Below are positions 29,801 to 36,632 of a stretch of DNA of 36,632 nt, in pieces. A program made the position numbers and the translations under genes. The notes beneath the pieces are model-generated. The model ran no database searches. It saw nothing but the letters and a program-made list of their open reading frames with translations, and was not told where the DNA came from. Numbering within the stretch: the stretch's first letter is position 1; each line of letters opens with the position of its first letter. This stretch comes from a virus (Duplodnaviria; Caudoviricetes), in the IMG/VR virus record IMGVR_UViG_3300027754_000232, positions 1 to 36,632 of that record. One strand, written 5' to 3'.

Positions 29801-32800
29801 AACGAGGAATATTTCTTAAATAAGTACCAGTACCATATATGAATGAAGATGAACCAATATAAATTGCTCCACTAACATCATTTACAAATAAACTACCACT
29901 AATATCAACTGAACCAGTAAATCTAGAACCAATTTGTGTAGTAAACGAACCAGATTCATCAATTGAAGATGTAAATGGAGTTGTTACTCTAAATCCAAAA
30001 TCCGGAGATACGGATGCGGTTACTGAACCTGATTTAATTTCTGATGATACTAATGCATCTTCTGTCAATGCTGCTCTAGGAATTTGTCTTAAATAAGTAC
30101 CTACTGCATATAAGAATGAAGATGAATCTATTCTAATACTTCCACTAAAATCAGAACCACTTACAAATGATGCTACTCTAAATCCAAAATTAGGAGATAC
30201 AGAAGCCGTTACACTACCACTAGCAATTCTAACAGTATCCCCAGATATTGCTGATTGAGGTATATCAAACAAACCTTTACCGCTACCACTAAACATAGAT
30301 GCGGTAACATTACCAATTACTTTTGTTTCTCCAATTAATTTTATTTCAGCAGGAACATATAATGCATCAACCACATTAATAGTACCAGCCATTGATGAGT
30401 GAAATTGACAATTATAATAAAGTGTATTAGGTGCACTACCAGAAACTAAAAAATTTATAGTTCCATTATCAGCTCCATTATTTGTTACCCAAGTATCGTA
30501 TGTATTACTAGGGCCAGTACTATTTACTGTTTTAATTAAGAATGGATGTCCTACTGCTTTTACATTAAATGTATAGTTTAGATTTCTAACTAAAGTTAAA
30601 GTTGGGTTTGAACCACTTACTAATGCATTACTTATATTATATAGACCACTACCATCATTTGTAACAATAAATACCTTATCTATTTCATAATCAGGTATTG
30701 CTCTTGCTGATGATGATACAATAAAACTTCCACTAATTGTAGAAAATGTATTTACTCTAAGTCCATAATCAGGACTAATAGATGCAGTTGCCGAACCACT
30801 TGCAATTCTATTAATTTTAAATGATAGAGCAGATTCAGGAATATCAGATAATCCAGCACCGCTACCACTAAAAAACGAACCAGTTTCAACTCTAATATAT
30901 CCACCACTTACAAATAAGCTTCCGCTAAATTGTGAACCACTATCTATTGATATTACTCTAAATCCAAAATTAGGTGATACAGAAGCAGTTACACTACCAC
31001 TTTTAATTTCAGTAGATATTAATGCATCTAATGTTAATGCTGAACGAGGAATATCTTTTAAACCAGCACCACTGCCACTAAAAAATGAACCAGTCCCAAC
31101 TCTTATATTTCCGTAATTTACAAATAAGCTTCCAGTAAATTGAGAGCCACTTTCTAATGATTCAACTTTAAATCCATCATTTGGAGAAACAGATGCGGTT
31201 ACACTACCACTTACAATCCTAAATACTTCCGATGATAATGCAGAACGAGGAATATCAAATAATCCAGCACCACTACCACTAAATACAGATGCAGATATTG
31301 AACCAGAGAAATTTGATGTATTTGCAAAGACTTGAAATCCTTTATTTGGAGAAATCGATGCAGTAACACTACCACTAAATATTTTTGAAGTATCTAAATT
31401 AGAAAGTGCTGAAATCGGTATATCAAATAAATTTTTACCACTACCACTAAATGAACCCGAATTTAAAAATACACCAGCTCCACTTATAAACAAGCTTCCA
31501 CTAAATTGTGTACCCTTTTCAGTAGATTCTATTTTAAATCCATATAAAGGAGATACAGATGCAGTTACACTACCAGATGCTATAAATGTTGATAATAGTG
31601 CATCCGGAGTTAATGCTGTTCTAGGAATATTAAATAATTTTTCACCACTACCACTAAAAAATGAACCAGACCCTAATGAAATATTTCCACTTACAAATAA
31701 GCTTCCAGTAATTCCCAATCCGCCAATAATAGTAGAACCAAAATCAGTAGAGGTAACTACAAATCCCAAATTAGGTGCTACAGATGCCGTTACTGAACCC
31801 GATATAATTTTTGTTGCTACTTGCGGTGGTACAATAATATTTGTTAATCTACTACCATCTCCTTGAAACGAACCACTAATATTAGAACTACTGATTTCGT
31901 TGGAAATAATAATATTTGCTCTAAGGCTTCCACTTATATCAACAGATGATGTAAATTGAGAACCATATACAACAGACCCACTTATATTAGTTTTATTAGT
32001 TTCAACTCTAAATCCATAATCAGGATCAACAGAAGCAGTTATACTACCACTAGCTATTCTAGTTGAATCTCCTGTAAATGCAGAACGAGGTATATCAAAT
32101 AATCCCTTACCACTACCACTAAACATTGATGCAGTAACAGTTGATTTAAATACAACTTCTTTACCTACAATTAACGAACCTGTGATATTTGTAGTTCCAA
32201 TAATTTCAGTATCACTTATAATTTTAAATTCAGCCGGTCTTTGTATGATACTATCAACTATATTAATAGTGCCCGCCATTGCTAAATGGAATTGGCAATT
32301 ATAATAAAGTGTATTTGGTGCATCATATGGTACTACAAATGTTATTGTTCCATTATCAGTTCCATTATTTGTTACTCCAGTATTATAAAGATTTCCTGTG
32401 CCTGTTGAACTTATTGTTTTAATATAAAATGGATGACCTGATGCATTTATATTAAATGTATAGGATAACCCCCTTACTAAATTTAATGTTGGATTATTTC
32501 CAAAAGCTGCATCAGCAAATGTATATGCAAGTGTACTAGCATTAGTTACATTAAAGTTAGTATTTAATGATTCTGTTGCGTAATATGTAGCAGATGATGA
32601 TATTATCATACTTCCACTAAATGTAGAAAATGTATTTACTCTAAGTCCATAATCAGGACTAATGGATGCAGTTACACTTCCACTACCAATTTTTGAAAGG
32701 TCTAAATCTTTTAATGCTTTAATTGGTATATCAAATAATCTAGCACCACTACCTGAATAAGATGAGCCAGATGCTAATTCAATACCTCTAGCCCCACTAA

Positions 32801-34019
32801 CAAATAATGAACCGGTAAATTGAGAACCACTATCTACAGAAACAACAATAAATCCAAAATTTGGAGATACAGATGCTGTTACAGAACCGCTTGTAATTAA
32901 AGTACTTAATAAAGCATCGGGTGATAGTGCTGAACGAGGTATATCGGATAAACCCTTACCACTACCACTAAAGAATGAACCAGTTTCAACTCTAATATAT
33001 CCACCACTTACAAATAAACTACCACTAAATTGTGAACCAATATTAATTGATTCTACTTTAAATCCAAAATTAGGTGATGTTGATGCAGTTACACTACCAC
33101 TAGCTATTAATGTTGCTGTTAATGCATCAGGTGTTAATGCTGACCTAGGAATATCAAATAAACCTCTACCACTACCAGTAAACATTGATGCGGATACTGA
33201 AAAATCAAATTGTGCAAATGTATTAACTTTAAATCCAGTATTTGGTGCAATAGATGCCGTTGTAGAACCACTAGCTATTAATGTTGCTGTTAATGCAGGT
33301 AAATTAAATAATCCACCACCATCTCCAGTAAATAAAGATGCTGATATACTACCAGTTATTCTAACACTACCAGTAAATTCAGAACCACGTAATGCCGATT
33401 CAACTTTGAAACCATAATCCGGAGTTACCGATGCAGTTACACTACCACTAGCTATTCTAAATGCATCTCCACTAAATGCCGAACGAGGAATATTAAATAA
33501 ACCACCACCATCTCCAGTAAATGAACCAGATATAGAAGCTGTTATTTGTTGTGCTTTAAGTGAACCAGTTATTATAACACTTCCACTAATATTTAGAGAA
33601 CCAGTTATTTGCTGTACATCGGATATATCATCACCAAATTTATTTGAACCGGATGAATATATTACAGATGATGAAATATAGGATAATATTAATTGCTCCG
33701 CATATATAGAATCTCTTACATATAAATTTCCTTGAATTGATGTATTTGTATTTACTTGTAATCCTAAATTTGGGGAAATTGATGCAGTTGCCGAACCAGA
33801 TGCTATTTGTTTAGCAGTTGGTGCAAATTGTATAAATCCTCTATTTCCTTCACTATCTGATACAAGAATAGCTGGATTATCATAAAGAGAGGCTGAAAAT
33901 GATGGTACACCAAAATTCGGCTCCGCTTGAGATGGGTCAAGAAACTGATATCTGTCTGCGGTTACATTTTTTGGGGATACTACTCTTACCCTTCCTGTTA
34001 ATAAATTACTTATTGCCAT
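23838..34019 (-). CDS. Giant fibre protein: ~22 SGSxTAS repeats, two cupredoxin-like domains, ~1050-aa (GTS)n tract, C-terminal tip domain
   Basis: 3393-aa uninterrupted ORF; C-terminal TLDLSTANNF...ITWPVSVKWTGGIAP...TDVLTFFTFDNGTTYYG resembles fibre-tip domains; followed by LRR and fibre-chaperone genes. Confidence 0.85.
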   Translation of the reverse strand: MAISNLLTGRVRVVSPKNVTADRYQFLDPSQAEPNFGVPSFSASLYDNPAILVSDSEGNRGFIQFAPTAKQIASGSATASISPNLGLQVNTNTSIQGNLYVRDSIYAEQLILSYISSSVIYSSGSNKFGDDISDVQQITGSLNISGSVIITGSLKAQQITASISGSFTGDGGGLFNIPRSAFSGDAFRIASGSVTASVTPDYGFKVESALRGSEFTGSVRITGSISASLFTGDGGGLFNLPALTATLIASGSTTASIAPNTGFKVNTFAQFDFSVSASMFTGSGRGLFDIPRSALTPDALTATLIASGSVTASTSPNFGFKVESINIGSQFSGSLFVSGGYIRVETGSFFSGSGKGLSDIPRSALSPDALLSTLITSGSVTASVSPNFGFIVVSVDSGSQFTGSLFVSGARGIELASGSSYSGSGARLFDIPIKALKDLDLSKIGSGSVTASISPDYGLRVNTFSTFSGSMIISSSATYYATESLNTNFNVTNASTLAYTFADAAFGNNPTLNLVRGLSYTFNINASGHPFYIKTISSTGTGNLYNTGVTNNGTDNGTITFVVPYDAPNTLYYNCQFHLAMAGTINIVDSIIQRPAEFKIISDTEIIGTTNITGSLIVGKEVVFKSTVTASMFSGSGKGLFDIPRSAFTGDSTRIASGSITASVDPDYGFRVETNKTNISGSVVYGSQFTSSVDISGSLRANIIISNEISSSNISGSFQGDGSRLTNIIVPPQVATKIISGSVTASVAPNLGFVVTSTDFGSTIIGGLGITGSLFVSGNISLGSGSFFSGSGEKLFNIPRTALTPDALLSTFIASGSVTASVSPLYGFKIESTEKGTQFSGSLFISGAGVFLNSGSFSGSGKNLFDIPISALSNLDTSKIFSGSVTASISPNKGFQVFANTSNFSGSISASVFSGSGAGLFDIPRSALSSEVFRIVSGSVTASVSPNDGFKVESLESGSQFTGSLFVNYGNIRVGTGSFFSGSGAGLKDIPRSALTLDALISTEIKSGSVTASVSPNFGFRVISIDSGSQFSGSLFVSGGYIRVETGSFFSGSGAGLSDIPESALSFKINRIASGSATASISPDYGLRVNTFSTISGSFIVSSSARAIPDYEIDKVFIVTNDGSGLYNISNALVSGSNPTLTLVRNLNYTFNVKAVGHPFLIKTVNSTGPSNTYDTWVTNNGADNGTINFLVSGSAPNTLYYNCQFHSSMAGTINVVDALYVPAEIKLIGETKVIGNVTASMFSGSGKGLFDIPQSAISGDTVRIASGSVTASVSPNFGFRVASFVSGSDFSGSIRIDSSSFLYAVGTYLRQIPRAALTEDALVSSEIKSGSVTASVSPDFGFRVTTPFTSSIDESGSFTTQIGSRFTGSVDISGSLFVNDVSGAIYIGSSSFIYGTGTYLRNIPRSALTEDALISTEIKSGSVTASVSPVFGFRVIAANIFSGSNFGSQFTGSVDVSGSLRAFNFIGDGSQLTNVQATAAPLIASGSATASVQSGNTFIITTGATGSGLDYQIGTLITGSVDVSGSLKAQFILGDGRYISNVQAAAAPFIGSGSATASVQSGNSFVVTTGATGSAIGSRFTGSIDVSGSVKAFSFSGDGSQLTNVQASAAPLIASGSATASVQSGIQFVVTTKGTFSSVGSNSGSYYGSIFTGSVNISGSISASRFEGDGGGLFNIPASALQDLQLDRIQSGSGKAIISPNQLNVNTAITAALYIGDGGGLFNIPANALQDLKLDRIQSGSAQGIISPNKGFEVNTSVRIFSGSLTVSGSVFVSGGNMVLQSGSAYVGDGSGLTNISLANISFETFILKSGSFTASISPDKGFIVNASASIWGDVYVGNNLRANKITGSTSIYSPIVSGGLLGTYAYQGNGPTASIDYNILRFDPTRGHYIPQPETSLTQTVGFSNVSDLTVIHNLNILYPIVQVYATGSEDQIMAGTIKSIDANTIQVKFSGLTSGHVVIGSGGSLISGTIQGDRVIGSVLSASYALVAETAKNVTGFDSASLSALSDIQNLVRNSQTSSMAVFSAVSSSYALTASYALNAGAGGGTELFIYQTSSLVKAQVGKIHFTGSGVDVTSSGSNGVLVTILGGGGALDTTNFIQKTQTASMFVGTASLAYTASYAMFALSSGNTDTASFLQINKDQTINASLTISGSLGVSGSLSINALISGSSEDVVVWNSITKRLEKRNIAGVQGSSGTGGSAGTAGSAGSTGSAGTSGTSGESGSSGTSGTTGSDGTSGTSGTSGSNGSSGTSGTSGTTGSDGTSGTSGTSGTSGTSGTSGTTGSDGTSGTSGTSGTTGSDGTSGTSGTSGTSGTSGSSGTSGTSGTSGTSGTSATSGTSGTSGTSGSSGSSGTSGTSGSTGSSGTAGSSGTSGSSGTSGSSGTSGTSGSTGSSGTSGTSGSTGTGGSSGTSGTAGTSGSTGTGGSSGSSGTSGTSGSSGAAGSSGTSGSGGTSGSGGSSGTSGSSGTSGTSGTSGSDGISGTSGTSGSSGTSGSSGTSGTTGSAGTSGTSGSTGSSGTTGSAGTSGSSGTSGTSGSSGTSGTSGTTGSAGTSGTSGSDGSSGTSGSSGTSGTSGTSGSGGTTGSAGTSGTSGTSGSDGTSGTSGTNGSGGSSGTSGIGTNGTSGTSGTSGTSGSDGTSGTSGTNGSNGTSGTNGSAGTSGASGSNGTSGTSGSNGTSGASGSNGTSGTSGTSGISGSDGTSGTSGSNGTSGTSGSNGTSGTSGTSGTSGTNGSAGTSGTSGSNGSSGTSGSNGTSGTSGTSGTSGTSGINGSNGTSGTSGLDGTYFGSSGTSGTSGSSGTSGVSGTSGTSGLNGTFFGSSGTSGTSGTSGTSGINGSDGTSGTSGQNGTSGTSGTSGLNGTFFGSSGTSGSGGSSGTSGAGTSGTSGTSGTSGTSGLNGTFFGSSGTSGGDGTSGTSGAGTSGTSGTSGTSGTSGLDGTFFGSSGTSGSDGTSGTSGAGTSGTSGMDGTSGTSGLDGTFFGSSGTSGESGSSGTSGESGTSGTSGVSGSSGTSGTSGLDGTLFGSSGTSGTSGTSGSAGTSGSSGTSGTSGLDGTLFGSSGTSGTSGTSGVSGSSGTSGTSGTSGTSGLNGTMFGSSGTSGTSGTSGVSGTSGTSGTSGTSGTSGLNGTMFGSSGTSGINGSTGNAGVDGTSGTSGTNAPGFSSGTSGTSGVSGTAGTSGTNAPGYSSGTSGTSGQTGTSGINGTSGTNAPGFSSGTSGTSGATGTSGTSAPGITSGTSGSSGFGLTGTTDNGIITYNATPVGANVESNLIFDGTTLSVVGNISSTTFRETYNNLGTGGSVTLDLSTANNFRRQFNGTATISLVNAPASNAFGFTFVSVNAGAYSITWPVSVKWTGGIAPILTSSGTDVLTFFTFDNGTTYYGFVVGKNLS
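24290..27440 (-). repeat. ~3.15-kb 9-bp-period coding repeat (G-T-S)n
   Basis: About 350 Gly-X-Y triplets, X mostly T/S, Y mostly S; locally raised GC. Confidence 0.97.
28550..33810 (-). repeat. ~22 degenerate protein repeats of roughly 55-90 aa (IxSGSVTASVSPxxGF...FTGS...GLFDIPxSAL)
   Basis: Counted by eye from the SGS[AVTIF]TAS-type anchor in the translation. Confidence 0.9.
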
Positions 34020-34040
34020 GCGTTACTTTCCCAGCTTTGT

Positions 34041-34068
34041 TATAAATATAGAGAATCCCTTATAAATA
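34041..34068 (-). promoter_or_regulatory. Tandem TATTTATA motifs upstream of the 3393-aa fibre
   Basis: Two copies at 34041-34048 and 34061-34068, 20 bp apart. Confidence 0.55.
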
Positions 34069-34087
34069 TCAATCAATGATATTATTG

Positions 34088-35005
34088 TTATTCATTCGCA
34101 CTTTCTAACAAGGAAAGAACTACGGTCAAATCAGTTGAACCAGATACTATAAAACCATATGTTTCTTCTAATACTAATTTACCAGAAACCACCGGTGAAA
34201 GTGAATCTGCTGGCGGTATTGTTACGTTTGTTACTAATCTTACAGCTTCTTGCTCTACCAATACAGGAGCTTCAATAGTTTTTTTAATTATATCTACTAA
34301 AGAATTTACAACATATATAGATGCTGATATTCCCGATTGCGTTCCATTTGTAAATCCACTTAATACGGATTGTGTAACTCCACTTTGAAATAATAATGGT
34401 GAATCGGTAGAACCAGTTACAGATTGGTTTTTTATAATTTGATTTGATAATACTTTTAGGTAATCTAATGCAAATATAGATGCAGAATATTCTGTTGTAT
34501 CAATTGCAGATACACCATTTTTATCAAAATAAGCTTTTGCTGCTTTATTTGTTCTAATTGTTGTATTATTAGCTATGTCATATTTTATTGCATCAACATC
34601 ATCTAAAGTATTTTGTTCAAAATAGTCAGATATAAAAGTATATGGAGTTTCGGATAAATTATTTTGGTATGATGTGTATGCTGCTATTTCTTTTCTCAAA
34701 AATTGTCTATTTGAATTAAGTAATATAGATGCACTAGCAAAACTTCCACTAAAATTTAATAATGATACAGAAGAACTTACAAATGAACTACCGCTGTATA
34801 TTGCCCCAAATTGAGGTACGGGTATTTCTTTATTAGATGTTACAAATATAGTAACAGGTTGAGTTATTAAACTATTATTTGTAATTTGACAAGATAATAC
34901 AATCGATGATACGCCATCGGGTGTTGTATATATTTCATCAGGTTCTCCAGTCAATCCTGTTACTACTGACTGAAACCGATTTAAAGGTACGAATACTGTT
35001 GCCAT
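34088..35005 (-). CDS. Virion protein: MANTFK-like domain split by an inserted helical repeat
   Basis: 305 aa; ends IYTTPDG...QITN and GKLVLEE...LSLLESANE match the pattern of the 110-aa protein. Confidence 0.7.
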   Translation of the reverse strand: MATVFVPLNRFQSVVTGLTGEPDEIYTTPDGVSSIVLSCQITNNSLITQPVTIFVTSNKEIPVPQFGAIYSGSSFVSSSVSLLNFSGSFASASILLNSNRQFLRKEIAAYTSYQNNLSETPYTFISDYFEQNTLDDVDAIKYDIANNTTIRTNKAAKAYFDKNGVSAIDTTEYSASIFALDYLKVLSNQIIKNQSVTGSTDSPLLFQSGVTQSVLSGFTNGTQSGISASIYVVNSLVDIIKKTIEAPVLVEQEAVRLVTNVTIPPADSLSPVVSGKLVLEETYGFIVSGSTDLTVVLSLLESANE

Positions 35006-35031
35006 TTCTTTTTATTTTTTTCTTTTCTTTT

Positions 35032-36630
35032 TTATATTTGTAGTGCTAATGAGAACGGAGTTACTAATGAGAATAGAGATTTACTAAATGTTCTACCCAC
35101 CAAAGTACCCGTTGCCTGATTAATACTCAATCCAGTACCAATTCTAAAGTCACCAGTTTCGTTACCAGATGTAAAGTAGATTCTACCTCCACCCAATTCC
35201 GTAATTTCATATAATGGGTTTGCAACACCACTACCACCCTGATTTGGAGGAAGTGCTTTGAATGTTACACCACTACCATTATAAGAATAGTCAATACCAG
35301 TTGCCACAATCAATGAACCAAATGCTTCAACGGGTGCGCCAGCTGCTATAAACTCTGCTCTTGTTCTTAAATATCTATTAGTTTCTAAAGTTTCCAATAA
35401 TTGGTCTCTAGTCACTGCAATTGCACTTCCATATTGGCCTGTGTAGTATGATGATGCTGCTGCGATACCTCTTTCGTTACCTCCGTAAAGTAAATCAGTA
35501 CAACAAGCATCAACAATCAATCCAGTATCACGAGAACAACTTGCTTCGTTATAAACTAAGTAAGGGAATGCTCCGTTTGTATATCCAATTGCTCTTTGTT
35601 TCAATTCATCTTTAGAACCTCTTAATCTTTCAGCTGCTTGTCTTCTCTTAGTAGCAGGTGCCAAATAAGTTAATAGAGTATTTGCTACAACTTTCTCAGA
35701 TAACCCTCTTGCGAAATCAATACCATCAACAGTTTGAATTTTTTGTCCAATTGTACCATTATCAGTATATGAAGGTTGAATTGCTACTGAAGGAATCTTA
35801 TAATAGTAAGAACCTGCTTCAATACTTCTTTCATTACCACCATAAACTAAGTCAGTTCTAATAGCATCTATGATAAATCCTAAGTCACGAGAACAACTAG
35901 TCTCATTGTATTGTAAAGTACTCCAAGAAGAACTTAAGAATGTTATAGTTTCTTTTTGAATTAAACTTTTATTTAATGTCAATAAATTTGCAGTTGTTAA
36001 TAATGATGCAGATGGTAATTGGAATGCTGGGTTTGCTACAACCTTGCTTGCCAATTTACCAGCATATCTTACACCTGTAATTGTTGGGTCTAATTGTGCT
36101 GCTTCAGATGGAACACCTTTTACAGTTGCTTTTGATGGGAATAAGAAATAGTATGAACCAGCGGTTACTGCTCTTTCAGTTCCGCCATAGAATACATCAG
36201 TTGCTGCTGCATCTATGATATATTTTACATCACGTGAACAACTTGCTTCGTTATAATAAACACCACTCCAAGAAGAACTAACATAAGCAATAGTTTCAGC
36301 TGCTATAAAGTTTTTATTCTTTCTTAATAAATCAAATGATGCCGATACTGCTAATGATGCTGTTACAAATTGTGTATTTTGTGCAACTTTTTGAGCTACT
36401 CTACTTGCGTAAATAATACCATCTAAAGTTTGTCCTAATTGTCCAACTCCATCTCCATCTCCTAATAAAGTTGCCTTTGAAGGATATTTGTAATAGAAAT
36501 CGCCACTCATTACACTTCTTTCGTTACCACCATATAAGATATCAGTTGCTACACCATCTAAGATATAACCAACATCTCTCTTACACTTCTCTTTATTGTA
36601 TTCAAATGAACTCCAGCTAGCAGTTAAGTA
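35032..36630 (-). CDS. C-terminal part of a giant virion structural protein with YNxxxCxRD...YGGNER repeats (5'-truncated by the window)
   Basis: Frame stays open upstream of the ATG at 36510 to the edge (YLTASWSSFEYNKEKCKRDVGYILDGVATDILYGGNERSVM); C-terminal GGRIYFTSGNETGDFRIG...INQATGT...GRTFSKSLF. Confidence 0.85.
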   Translation of the reverse strand, partial: YLTASWSSFEYNKEKCKRDVGYILDGVATDILYGGNERSVMSGDFYYKYPSKATLLGDGDGVGQLGQTLDGIIYASRVAQKVAQNTQFVTASLAVSASFDLLRKNKNFIAAETIAYVSSSWSGVYYNEASCSRDVKYIIDAAATDVFYGGTERAVTAGSYYFLFPSKATVKGVPSEAAQLDPTITGVRYAGKLASKVVANPAFQLPSASLLTTANLLTLNKSLIQKETITFLSSSWSTLQYNETSCSRDLGFIIDAIRTDLVYGGNERSIEAGSYYYKIPSVAIQPSYTDNGTIGQKIQTVDGIDFARGLSEKVVANTLLTYLAPATKRRQAAERLRGSKDELKQRAIGYTNGAFPYLVYNEASCSRDTGLIVDACCTDLLYGGNERGIAAASSYYTGQYGSAIAVTRDQLLETLETNRYLRTRAEFIAAGAPVEAFGSLIVATGIDYSYNGSGVTFKALPPNQGGSGVANPLYEITELGGGRIYFTSGNETGDFRIGTGLSINQATGTLVGRTFSKSLFSLVTPFSLALQI

Positions 36631-36632
36631 AG

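Noticed and set aside
36508-36510. ATG at 36510 as the true start of the 492-aa ORF
   Set aside because: The frame remains open to the window edge and encodes another CxRD repeat.
1-36632. Stop-codon reassignment (TAG/TGA recoding)
   Set aside because: Genes up to 10 kb are intact under the standard code with dense packing; readthrough of the TAG at 9073 would hit TGA after 8 codons.

Overview
AT-rich fragment of a large tailed dsDNA phage with a contractile (myovirus-type) tail. All credible genes are on the minus strand. In transcription order (right to left): a 5'-truncated giant protein with ~115-119 aa CxRD repeats; small virion/adaptor proteins; two giant fibre proteins (3393 and 2651 aa) with Pro-free Gly-Thr-Ser triplet tracts; fibre accessory proteins; tail sheath; tail tube; a tail-assembly-chaperone pair apparently joined by a +1/-2 frameshift; tape measure; baseplate tube-like, LysM and hub proteins; a phage tmRNA with a 24-aa tag; and the start of one more gene. 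A TTTG-N20-TAnnTTTG promoter and A-rich, SD-less leaders suggest a Bacteroidota host (inference). Best leads for something new: (i) a [S/T]-[G/A]-S motif enriched across unrelated, putatively surface-exposed virion proteins plus (GTS)n tracts, a candidate virion-wide O-glycosylation sequon system; (ii) type-1 copper (cupredoxin) sites and phycobiliprotein-like C-x-R-D repeats in virion proteins; (iii) the chaperone frameshift; (iv) the long-tag tmRNA. Protein assignments come from motif recognition and synteny only; no searches were run.
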